Below are positions 20,351 to 29,569 of a stretch of DNA of 64,000 bases, piece by piece. Position numbers and translations under genes: made by a program. Numbering within the stretch: position 1 is the stretch's first letter; every line of letters begins with the position of its first letter. The stretch is from Bacteroidales bacterium (GTDB lineage Bacteria; Bacteroidota; Bacteroidia; Bacteroidales; CG2-30-32-10): positions 10,967-74,966 of the forward strand of contig DAOQAK010000002.1 in assembly GCA_035353855.1 (NCBI GenBank). The letters run 5' to 3'. The notes below the pieces were generated by a model, which did not search any database, was not told where the DNA came from, and saw only the letters and a program-made list of their open reading frames with translations.

Positions 20351-23300
20351 TTATTTTAATATTAATTTTCTTGTTATAGTTTTATCATTTGTAGTAAGTA
20401 TACAGTGGTAAATACCTGCTTTATATTTTTCGGCGTTAAATGTTAATGAATAATTTCCGGCAGGTTTATTTAAATCATTTGCAAGCGTTTCTATTTCTTG
20501 TCCAAAAGTATCGAATACTTTTATTTTTACATTACTGGTTTTCTCAATACTATAATTAATAGTTGTTGAATAAGTAAATGGATTCGGGAAACAAGTCATT
20601 GCATTATTACCAATATTCACATCATTAATAGATAAGCTGGATATAGCAATAGGTGGGAAAAGAATATAATCAATCCACGCGCAATCATCTCCATTTGACA
20701 TGGAATAATCTTTAATATACGACCATTTGAAAGTAGTTGTCCCTGGTGTTACCGGGAATACCTGGCGTGTCCATCCCATTTCGCCTGACCAAGAGCCTGC
20801 TTCAACATCATTGATATAAAATTTTAAAAAGTCATAATTACTTTCTGATGATACTTTTGCATAGAAAGAAATACTGTCGTCAGCAAGAACATTAAATGTA
20901 ATACTTATGTCTGAATTTTCCTGATTCGGAATAGTTCCTGATTTTGCAGAATAAATTCCTTCGTAAGGTAATGTATTTAAAATAACCCATGGATATGTAC
21001 TTTGTTCCCAATCAAATTTTGTAATATCGCCTGTTTCCCAGTCTTCATCAACAATTCCAATCATTAAATTAAATGGTTTTTGTGCTGAGTATAACCCTGA
21101 TGTTAGAGTATTATTTAATGATAATATACTTCCATTAACAGCTGTTGGGTTAACCGTTATATTAAATGTTGCATTTGAAGCTCCTGAAATAGCATTTAGT
21201 GTCCCAAGGTTTGTATTTGCATTGATAATTGTAGCATCACCTTCACTCAAAGATAAATTGCTAAATGAATTTATTGCATCGGAATGTCCAATATTTGTAG
21301 ATGAAATAATAATATTGGCATTTTCTCCAATATCAAGTCTTCCATTGCCATTGCCTGTTGCATTATCATCAATAGTTATATCCCCTATTGAAAGCAAAGG
21401 TGCGTTTAAAACAACATTAAATGATACGTTCCATGTATTGCTTCCATCAGTAACTACAATAGTAAAGTGTACGATATGCTGGTCGGGAACATAATTGGCT
21501 ACAGTAAATGCAAATGCATTATTTTGAGTAGAAGATAATCCATTAGTAATAGTGCCCCACGTAGCTGTACTATCAGTAATAGTTATATATGTATCGTTTG
21601 TTCTAAGTTTTGCTGTAACATTTGATGCTATTGCTTGGCCAACATTTTGAAGTGTTATATCAAGTGTAATGTTTTCACCAAAATCAGCAAGACCGTTATT
21701 ATTACCTGTTGCATCATGTAGTGTATTACTTGTATAAATCACATATGGGCCAGTTGGAGAAGCAACATCTAATGAGTCAATAAATGGAGCTCTGTTTTGT
21801 TTTGTAGCAACAATATACGCTTTACCGGGTATTGTAAAAGGATCTATATTAATTGTAGCAACGCCATTGGAATCGGCTAATGCAGCGCCATGTAAAACAT
21901 TTGCCATTGAAACAGCAACATAAGCCCAGGGTTCAGTATTAACCGTAAAACTTGATGAACCAAGCGGAATAAGTGGAGTATAACTTGCATCTAATTGAGC
22001 GGGTACACCAAAATAAATCATAAGAGAAGGGTCACCCATCAGGTGATATATTTCCCAATAATATTCAGCTTCACTTGAGCCCGATTGAGTAACAGCAAGG
22101 TTTCCTGCAAATACCATTTGATCTTGCGAAGCATACCATTCGCTGCGTGCTTCACTATGGTCATGAAATGTTCTGTCGTAAGCACCCAGTGAAGTTGCGC
22201 TATAGGTTGGGTTAACAACAACGGTTTTATAACCTGTTCCCCACCAGAAATCTTCATCCCAAGTAGTAGTGTTTGATCCTCCAATATAGCCAACAGCTCC
22301 TTTGTTGCTTGCACGTAAGAGTTCTTCTCCAAAACAGTCGCCATCAAACGTATTCGTTAAACAACAGTTTCCTACCATTAATGGATATTTATGTGCATTA
22401 GCTAAACTGGCAATTTGTGAAATAGAAAATTGCGGATCGTACCATCCATCAGAGCTTCCGTGTGCTGTATAATTTGCATAACATACTCCGTCGCTTATAT
22501 TTTGTCTTATAGTAGTTGCACTGCTTCCGGATACGGAATATAAATAAGTGCTTGATGTTAGTCCATGTGCAATATTAAAATATGTTGAAGTACCATAATT
22601 GATTTGTCCGTCGCCATGTAATGGACCGTAAGTAGCGTCTTGTCCTGCAATCATTACACATTTTCCAAGATAAGAGGGATCGGGCATTAAGTATTGTTCA
22701 TACTCCAAAGTTTTATCAATTTGTGGTTGTAGTTGAACGGTTGTAGATGCTGAAAACCTTCCGTAATATATTTCAGGAAGATAATCACCGGTGTATTCGC
22801 AATAATATAAATCAGAAACATGAGAGCCTGTATTGCCTGAGAATGAAGGGATTTCAGCAACATCACCTACAAGTAAAACAAATGAAGGAGCCGGGTCAGA
22901 TGGAGTTGCATTATCATATAAATTTTTTAAATAATTTTTTATTGAAGTTGTAGTTGTCCCAACCTGTGAATCGTTGGTATAAGCTTCAATGACCTTAAAT
23001 CCTTTTTTTGTTTTCCATTGAATGAAAGGTTGAAGTTGCGACTGAAAAGTAATGGGAGATACAATTACATACTTTACAGGATATGTTGTAAGTGCATCTT
23101 TAGCAGCTGATGTTTTATAATTTACCAATTGATTAGAATACATACTCTCAAAATAAGGAGAATAATTTTTTTTCTTTTCATACATGGTTTTAGTAATATC
23201 AGCGTCATTGAAAGTAATTTCAACTTTAATATCGTTATAAATTTTTATAGTATTTGTTACAGGATTATATCTTACAGGTGCAATATCAAGTCTTCCAATT

Positions 23301-23818
23301 CTTACACCACGCATCGTTCCTATAATATTTACATCAACAAGATCATCACTGTTATACTGGTTTGAAGAATAAGTTACAGGATTATATTCAAAATCAGGAA
23401 GTTTTTTATTCAGGTCTTTTGAAACAGGCGGTTGTGAAGGCATTAGCTTTTCGCTGATTCCGTAATCGGATAATTTATATTCAGTTTCTGTATAGTTAAC
23501 AACTTTTACATTAACCGTAGCTCCAAAAGGAATTTCAATCAATTTTCGCAGCATTGGAAGTTTAGGGTCTCCTATGTGATTTGAATAACCATAATCGGGA
23601 ATAGAAAGCTCATAGAAAATTCCTTTTTCTGTTTTAACACTTTTATATGTTAATTCAGTAAATGTGTTTGAAAAAGAAAGTTCATTATAATTATTGGCAT
23701 TGATTTTTAGAGCTGATTTGCCTTCTCTAATTTTAATTTCACCCGCATACATATTAGTACTTAAAAGAAAAAATACAGAAAGAAAACTGATGTAAAAAAA
23801 TTTTAAAATTATTTTCAT
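20351..23818 (-). CDS. C25 gingipain-family cysteine protease, Kgp-like, with Ig-like/adhesin domains and T9SS CTD
   Basis: QWKTKKGF, VGTTTTSIK, SDLYY, NYTAHGS, VGNCC, TWDEDFWW, YYWEIYHLMGDP; CTD FPNPF...RKLILK. Confidence 0.9.
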   Translation of the reverse strand: MKIILKFFYISFLSVFFLLSTNMYAGEIKIREGKSALKINANNYNELSFSNTFTELTYKSVKTEKGIFYELSIPDYGYSNHIGDPKLPMLRKLIEIPFGATVNVKVVNYTETEYKLSDYGISEKLMPSQPPVSKDLNKKLPDFEYNPVTYSSNQYNSDDLVDVNIIGTMRGVRIGRLDIAPVRYNPVTNTIKIYNDIKVEITFNDADITKTMYEKKKNYSPYFESMYSNQLVNYKTSAAKDALTTYPVKYVIVSPITFQSQLQPFIQWKTKKGFKVIEAYTNDSQVGTTTTSIKNYLKNLYDNATPSDPAPSFVLLVGDVAEIPSFSGNTGSHVSDLYYCEYTGDYLPEIYYGRFSASTTVQLQPQIDKTLEYEQYLMPDPSYLGKCVMIAGQDATYGPLHGDGQINYGTSTYFNIAHGLTSSTYLYSVSGSSATTIRQNISDGVCYANYTAHGSSDGWYDPQFSISQIASLANAHKYPLMVGNCCLTNTFDGDCFGEELLRASNKGAVGYIGGSNTTTWDEDFWWGTGYKTVVVNPTYSATSLGAYDRTFHDHSEARSEWYASQDQMVFAGNLAVTQSGSSEAEYYWEIYHLMGDPSLMIYFGVPAQLDASYTPLIPLGSSSFTVNTEPWAYVAVSMANVLHGAALADSNGVATINIDPFTIPGKAYIVATKQNRAPFIDSLDVASPTGPYVIYTSNTLHDATGNNNGLADFGENITLDITLQNVGQAIASNVTAKLRTNDTYITITDSTATWGTITNGLSSTQNNAFAFTVANYVPDQHIVHFTIVVTDGSNTWNVSFNVVLNAPLLSIGDITIDDNATGNGNGRLDIGENANIIISSTNIGHSDAINSFSNLSLSEGDATIINANTNLGTLNAISGASNATFNITVNPTAVNGSILSLNNTLTSGLYSAQKPFNLMIGIVDEDWETGDITKFDWEQSTYPWVILNTLPYEGIYSAKSGTIPNQENSDISITFNVLADDSISFYAKVSSESNYDFLKFYINDVEAGSWSGEMGWTRQVFPVTPGTTTFKWSYIKDYSMSNGDDCAWIDYILFPPIAISSLSINDVNIGNNAMTCFPNPFTYSTTINYSIEKTSNVKIKVFDTFGQEIETLANDLNKPAGNYSLTFNAEKYKAGIYHCILTTNDKTITRKLILK

Positions 23819-23869
23819 TTAATATGTTTTAGTAAAAAATAGCATAAGTGTTTTTATTAATTTATCTAA

Positions 23870-23877
23870 CAAATATA
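23870..23877 (-). promoter_or_regulatory. -7 promoter box for the C25 pair
   Basis: TATATTTG on the minus strand ~50 nt upstream of the ATG. Confidence 0.55.
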
Positions 23878-23925
23878 CGTAGAAAATTAGTTTTAAAAAA
23901 ATAAATCTAATAAATATTTAAACTA

Positions 23926-23953
23926 TATCATATATTAAATTTAATATATGATA
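23926..23953. promoter_or_regulatory. Perfect 28-bp palindrome (candidate operator)
   Basis: TATCATATATTAAA|TTTAATATATGATA. Confidence 0.5.
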
Positions 23954-24065
23954 GCTTTTTATATTAAATATTCGGCGATAAACATAAAAATTATTATGAA
24001 AATCTCAAAAACTTCAACTTAAAATAAAGAGAAATATTAAACAGAAAGGTTGTTTTTGCTGAGAA

Positions 24066-25805
24066 TTATTTTTTCAGATTTAATCCTGTTTTTTCAATAA
24101 TGGAATAAAGGTCATCTTTGCGAATAGGTTTACTCATATAATCATCCATTCCAGCTTCAAGGCATCGTTCCCTGTCCCCTTCAAGTGCATTGGCAGTTAA
24201 AGCAATAATTTTAGGTCTGATATGGGCGGGGATTTTATCAACAATTATTTTTGTAGCTTCAAATCCATCAATTACAGGCATCTGAATGTCCATAAAAATA
24301 AGGTCGACGGATTCATTTTCAATTATTTCTAATACTTCTTTGCCATTAGTTGCAACCATAGCACTATAGCCAAAGCTTTCTAATATTTTAAGCATAAGCT
24401 TACGGTTAATCATATTGTCTTCGGCTATAAGAATTTTAAACGGGTATTTTTCTGAAAGCAATGAACCTTCACGTTTCACCGTATTTTTTTGTTTATCAGT
24501 TTCCATGAAAGTAGTATGTTCTTCAGGTAATTCGGTTTTTATTGAAAAGAAGAATGTTGTTCCTGACCCTTTTTTACTTTCGACCCAGATTTTACCACCA
24601 AGCAGTTCCGACATTTTTTTACAAATTGCCAGTCCAAGCCCTGTACCCTGATATTTTCGCGTTAAAGGCTCTTGCTCATTTTCCTGTTCATAAGGAGAAA
24701 AAAGTTTTTTCTGTAATTCATCAGATATACCTACTCCTGTATCTTTAACCGAAAAAATCAGCTCTACAATATTCAATTGTTTTTTTCCTGTTTCTAATTT
24801 CAATTCAATATCACCATGTTCAGTAAATTTTATTGCATTGCTTAATAGGTTCGCAAGAATTTGTTTCAATCGTTTTTTATCGGTAAAAATAAAACCGGGT
24901 ACACCTTTTTTAATATTGTATGACATCCCGATTTTCTTTTCAAGTGCAGCCGGAGAAAATAATTTTAATGATTCTTCAATGGTTTCTGTAAGGCTAAATG
25001 TCGTGTTTTCCAGTTTGAATTTGCCATATTCCAGTTTTGAAAAATCAAGGATATCATTTAATAATAATATCATATTTTCACCACTGATACGTATCATATC
25101 AACCAGGTATTTTTGTTTGGAATTAAGGCTGGTTTCGAGCAATAGGTCGGTAACACCAATAACTCCCGACATAGGAGTACGTATTTCGTGGCTGACAAAT
25201 GCAATAAAATCAGACTTGGAACGATTGGCACGTTCTGCTTCTTCTTTTGCTCTTTTTAATTCTTTTTCAGTATTTTTATATTCTGAAATATCGGCAAATA
25301 TGCTGAATGCTCCCAGGTACTTATTATTTTTCCCGAAGCGTGGTGTTGCCGTTACCCTTATAACTCTTATAGTTTTATCTTTTCGGGTGATTTCAGTAAG
25401 GTAAGTACTTTTTATTCCTTGTTTTCTTTGTTCTGTTTGTTCCAGGCAAACTTTTAATTGTTCATCCGTTGTGAATTCACGAATATTTTTCCCTACTAAC
25501 TCTCCCTTGTTCAATCCAAAAATATATTCTGCTGCAGGGTTTGCAAAAAGAAAATTTTCTTTTTCATCAACAATACTAATCCCTTCGCTTTGATTTTCGA
25601 CCATGGTACGGAAAAGACCTTCTCTTTTACCTAGTTCTTCAAAAGATAAATTATCGTTGGTATTTAAGATTTTTAAATCAATATTTGAGTTATTGTTATA
25701 TTCGTTTTGAAGGGAGTTTAATAAATGAATTGCCTTCTGCTGTTCTTCTACCGGAAAATATTTTTTAATATTTTCTTCAAGATTTTTTATATTTAAAATT
25801 TCCAT
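24066..25805 (-). CDS. Cytoplasmic hybrid sensor kinase (PAS-HisKA-HATPase-REC)
   Basis: PAS (ANPAAEYIFG), SHEIRTPM, QILANLLSNAIKFT, GTGLGLAI, IFMDIQMPVIDG; no TM segment. Confidence 0.92.
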   Translation of the reverse strand: MEILNIKNLEENIKKYFPVEEQQKAIHLLNSLQNEYNNNSNIDLKILNTNDNLSFEELGKREGLFRTMVENQSEGISIVDEKENFLFANPAAEYIFGLNKGELVGKNIREFTTDEQLKVCLEQTEQRKQGIKSTYLTEITRKDKTIRVIRVTATPRFGKNNKYLGAFSIFADISEYKNTEKELKRAKEEAERANRSKSDFIAFVSHEIRTPMSGVIGVTDLLLETSLNSKQKYLVDMIRISGENMILLLNDILDFSKLEYGKFKLENTTFSLTETIEESLKLFSPAALEKKIGMSYNIKKGVPGFIFTDKKRLKQILANLLSNAIKFTEHGDIELKLETGKKQLNIVELIFSVKDTGVGISDELQKKLFSPYEQENEQEPLTRKYQGTGLGLAICKKMSELLGGKIWVESKKGSGTTFFFSIKTELPEEHTTFMETDKQKNTVKREGSLLSEKYPFKILIAEDNMINRKLMLKILESFGYSAMVATNGKEVLEIIENESVDLIFMDIQMPVIDGFEATKIIVDKIPAHIRPKIIALTANALEGDRERCLEAGMDDYMSKPIRKDDLYSIIEKTGLNLKK

Positions 25806-25910
25806 GTTTTGCCAATCGGTCTGATTCGAATGGATAAAATTAAGAAATTTTTCGATAGAATTATTTTTATCAATTGAAAATAAAAATTAATATTGCAAAG
25901 TGAATAATAT

Positions 25911-26699
25911 ATGAAGACAATTATTGCTATAGCATTTTTGATTTTTTCTTATGTGTTAGGATTTGCACAGGATTCGCTGGTTTTTAAAGGACATTATAGC
26001 GGTAAAAATTTGTATGTATTAAATCCTTCGTGCGGTAAAGATACGATATTTACTGTTTCGAAAGTGCTTGTTAACAGGGAACCTACTAAAGATGAAATAA
26101 AATCAAATTCTTTTGAAATTGATTTTTCATTGCTGGATTTGAATAATGATGAAAATGTAGAAATAAAAATATTCTATAAAAGCGGATGCAAACCAAAAAT
26201 AATTAACCCTGAAGTACTTCAATCACTAAGCACATTTTCATTTATGAACACAAAAGCTGATAAAGCCGGAAAAATAACATGGAATGTAAAAGGAGAAGTT
26301 TTTAGTGCATTCACTGTTGAACAATTTCGGTGGAATAAGTGGGTAACTGTAGCTGAAATTGAAAATACAGATACGGTAAAGAAAAATAATTATGCTTACG
26401 ATAGTAAACCTCATTTTGGACTTAATACTTTTCGTATTTCACATACCGACGAAAAAGGAAATATTGTTTATTCAAAACAAATAAAATTTAAAATTCCTAC
26501 AATTAAAGAAGTTTTTATTTCTGCTCTTAAAGTTACCGATGTAATTACTTTTTCTTCAGAAACAGCTTATGAAATTTTTGATGATAAAGGTAAATTCATT
26601 ATGGATGGGACAGGTACACAAGTTAATATTTCCGATTTATCAAAAGGAAAATATTCGGTGAATTACGATAATAAAACTGAAATTATTTCAAAGAAATAG
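25911..26699 (+). CDS. Secreted hypothetical protein with a degenerate T9SS-CTD-like tail
   Basis: Signal peptide; YEIFDDKGK...VNISDLSKGKYSVNY tail. Confidence 0.55.
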   Translation: MKTIIAIAFLIFSYVLGFAQDSLVFKGHYSGKNLYVLNPSCGKDTIFTVSKVLVNREPTKDEIKSNSFEIDFSLLDLNNDENVEIKIFYKSGCKPKIINPEVLQSLSTFSFMNTKADKAGKITWNVKGEVFSAFTVEQFRWNKWVTVAEIENTDTVKKNNYAYDSKPHFGLNTFRISHTDEKGNIVYSKQIKFKIPTIKEVFISALKVTDVITFSSETAYEIFDDKGKFIMDGTGTQVNISDLSKGKYSVNYDNKTEIISKK

Positions 26700-26852
26700 T
26701 TGAATATACAGTATTCCCCAAATTATTATTTATACCGACAGAAAAGAGTTTTGCAAAAATATTTTTTGTTTTCTGTACGGTATAACTCGTTCTAAACAGT
26801 TTTGCCTTTGCAAACCTGATAAGAACGAGTATACTTAGTAAAATCAAAGAAT

Positions 26853-28085
26853 TTAAAATTTTTCTTGTTCTTCAATAGTACGTTTTGAAATTTGCCGAAC
26901 AGGAAACCACGAGGTAATGATACCAATTACCAGATCGATAATTAATACAAGAATAAAATCATAAGTTCGCATTTCAACTGGATAGTTGGTTATAACAAAG
27001 GTACCGTCATCGGGCATTTTTATGAATCCATATTTTTGTTGTAACCAGCAAACCAATACTCCAAAAGCCAATCCCAGCAATGTCCCGAAAAATGTGATCA
27101 TCATTCCTTCTGTAAAAAATATTTTCCTGATAAGTTTTTTATCGGCACCCAAGCTCCAGAGAATAGTAATATCTTTTTTCTTGTCAAGTATGAGCATCGT
27201 AAGTGTTCCAATAATATTGAATGTTGCAACCAATAGTATAAAAGAAAGAATAAGTATAATGGCCCATTTTTCCGATTTCATTATTTTGTATAATAATTCC
27301 TGTTGCTGGAAACGGTTTTTAATTACAAATTTATCACCGGAAATTTTTTCAACTTCTTTTTGTATGGTTTCAATATCAGCATTGGGATTTATACCAAGTT
27401 CTACAGAGGTAACTTCATTTTTGTAATCCAATAATTTTTGTGCGAAACGCAATGGAATAAGAATATACTTTATATCAAATTCCTGGTTAACAGAAAGAAC
27501 TCCCGAGGGGAACAACACTTCTGAATTAAATGCCTCAAGAGGGTTTAATAAACTTACATCCCCTCTGCGGGGTACATATATTTCCAAAGGATTAAGATAA
27601 TCATTCAGTTGCAAACCCAGGTTATATGCCACGCCATTTCCTACTAAAGCATAATTATTACTGTCGTTTTGTAAAACAAATACACCATCGATGATCATAG
27701 TATCCAGCCTGCTCATTTTCCCATAGTCAGGGTTGATGCCTTTTATAGTTGCGATAAATTGTTTGTCTTTATACTTTAATAATGCATTTTCTTCAATAAC
27801 ATCGGTAAGGTAAACAACACCGGGAATTTTTTTTATTTTATCTTCAGGCAATGTGGTAACGTCAAAAGTTTTTCCTTCTTTAGGCGTAATCTGAATTTCG
27901 GCATTAAAGGTGTTGAACAGTTTAACTACTACCGATTCAAACCCATTGAAAACACTGAGTATTACAATAAGCGCAGTGGTGCCGATAGTAAAACCCAGGA
28001 CAGAAATACCGGAAATAATATTTATTATGTTATGCGATTTTTTCGAGAACAGGTAACGCTTTGCTATGTATAACGAAGTGTTCAA
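26853..28085 (-). CDS. LolC/LolE-type (FtsX-like) ABC permease
   Basis: YIAKRYLFSKKSHN, SVFNGFE, FNIIGTLTMLILDKKKDI, NYPV; TTG start. Confidence 0.85.
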   Translation of the reverse strand: MNTSLYIAKRYLFSKKSHNIINIISGISVLGFTIGTTALIVILSVFNGFESVVVKLFNTFNAEIQITPKEGKTFDVTTLPEDKIKKIPGVVYLTDVIEENALLKYKDKQFIATIKGINPDYGKMSRLDTMIIDGVFVLQNDSNNYALVGNGVAYNLGLQLNDYLNPLEIYVPRRGDVSLLNPLEAFNSEVLFPSGVLSVNQEFDIKYILIPLRFAQKLLDYKNEVTSVELGINPNADIETIQKEVEKISGDKFVIKNRFQQQELLYKIMKSEKWAIILILSFILLVATFNIIGTLTMLILDKKKDITILWSLGADKKLIRKIFFTEGMMITFFGTLLGLAFGVLVCWLQQKYGFIKMPDDGTFVITNYPVEMRTYDFILVLIIDLVIGIITSWFPVRQISKRTIEEQEKF

Positions 28086-28098
28086 GATTTTTTGATTG

Positions 28099-28443
28099 TT
28101 ATTTTTTTAAAAGGTTCTCTATTTTTTCTATATAATCAAGAGAATCGTCGAGAAAGAAATCCAATTCAGGAATGACACGCACTTGTTTACCTATGCGGAT
28201 TCCAAGGTTTTTCCTGATTTCTTTTGTGTTTTGTTTTATTTTTTCCAGTATATCTTTTTTATCGATACTTCCTGTTGAAAAAATACTTAAATATGTTTTA
28301 GCAACACCAAGGTCGGGTGATACGCGAACCTGTGTTACAGTGATCATTGCATTGGCATACATGCCGCGGCTTTCGACCTGGAAAATATTACTCAGGTCTT
28401 TTTGAATAAGTCTTGAAACTTTTTGTTGTCGTGTGCTGTCCAT
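28099..28443 (-). CDS. rbfA: 30S ribosome-binding factor RbfA
   Basis: MDSTRQQKVSRLIQKDLS, VRVSPDLGVAKTYLS, RVIPELDFFLDDSLDY. Confidence 0.95.
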   Translation of the reverse strand: MDSTRQQKVSRLIQKDLSNIFQVESRGMYANAMITVTQVRVSPDLGVAKTYLSIFSTGSIDKKDILEKIKQNTKEIRKNLGIRIGKQVRVIPELDFFLDDSLDYIEKIENLLKK

Positions 28444-28567
28444 AATAGGCAAAGGTAATATTTATATATTAAATAGATAATATATAATATCAAATTGAAA
28501 ATTGTGATTCTATTTATTGATTGTAACGACTATAAAAATTTATCTTTGTATCAAAATTATTTTTTCG

Positions 28568-29449
28568 ATGAATTTTTTTTCAAAAATATTCAGCTATTTA
28601 CTTTTTGGGTTGCTGCTTTTATTTTCATTACTGCCTTTTTGGTTGCTTTATATTTTATCGGACGCACTTGCTTTTATATTGTATGGTGTTTTGAAGTACA
28701 GAAAAAAAGTAGTATACAAAAACCTTGCAGGAAGCCTTAACCCGGATATTGACATAAATAAAACCGCGAAAAAATTTTATCGTTTTTTAGCCGATGTTTT
28801 TTTAGAATCAATCAAATGTTTTACCATTCGTAAAAAAAATCTTTTAAAAAGAATTACTTGCGACAATCCTGAAATAATGGAACAGTATGCAAAAGAAAAC
28901 CGCAGTGTAATTTTCATGTCGGCACATTACGGAAATTGGGAATATTTGATTTATGCGATGAATATTTTTTTTCCTCACCTTGCCATTGGCGTTGGGAAAC
29001 CCTTGACAAACCAGGTGATGAATAAACTTACCAATGATAGAAGAAGCCGATTTGGAATGAAAATTATCAATGCGCTGAATATAAAAGAAGAATTTGCAAA
29101 AGATAAAGATACATTAACAGCAAGTTTATTTTTATCCGACCAATATCCGGGAGGCAAGAACAAAGGGTTTCCAAAAATATTTCTGAATAAAGAAACTGAA
29201 TTTTTATATGGTGCCGAAAAATATGCGAAGGATTATAATTATCCTGTAGTTTATGCAGATGTGGAAAGATTAAAACGCGGTCGATATAAAATTCATTTAA
29301 TAAAAATTACCGATGAACCAAAGCAAACGGCTTACGGTGAAATTATGAATTCATATATTTCTCTCCTTGAAAAAACCATTCAGCGTGCGCCCGAATACTG
29401 GCTTTGGTCGCATAAACGCTGGAAACATATTGATGGATTTTATAACTAA
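28568..29449 (+). CDS. Lipid A acyltransferase LpxL/HtrB family
   Basis: AHYGNWE, FLSDQYP, PEYWLWSHKRWK. Confidence 0.88.
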   Translation: MNFFSKIFSYLLFGLLLLFSLLPFWLLYILSDALAFILYGVLKYRKKVVYKNLAGSLNPDIDINKTAKKFYRFLADVFLESIKCFTIRKKNLLKRITCDNPEIMEQYAKENRSVIFMSAHYGNWEYLIYAMNIFFPHLAIGVGKPLTNQVMNKLTNDRRSRFGMKIINALNIKEEFAKDKDTLTASLFLSDQYPGGKNKGFPKIFLNKETEFLYGAEKYAKDYNYPVVYADVERLKRGRYKIHLIKITDEPKQTAYGEIMNSYISLLEKTIQRAPEYWLWSHKRWKHIDGFYN

Positions 29450-29569
29450 TAAAAAAATATTTCAAATAAATATTCTTAAAATTAGCCAACCCTAAGGTTA
29501 AAACTTTCGTCTTCCTAAAAAACGATACTAACCTGTTATTTAAAAACTATTTTTCAAAACCTGATATTT

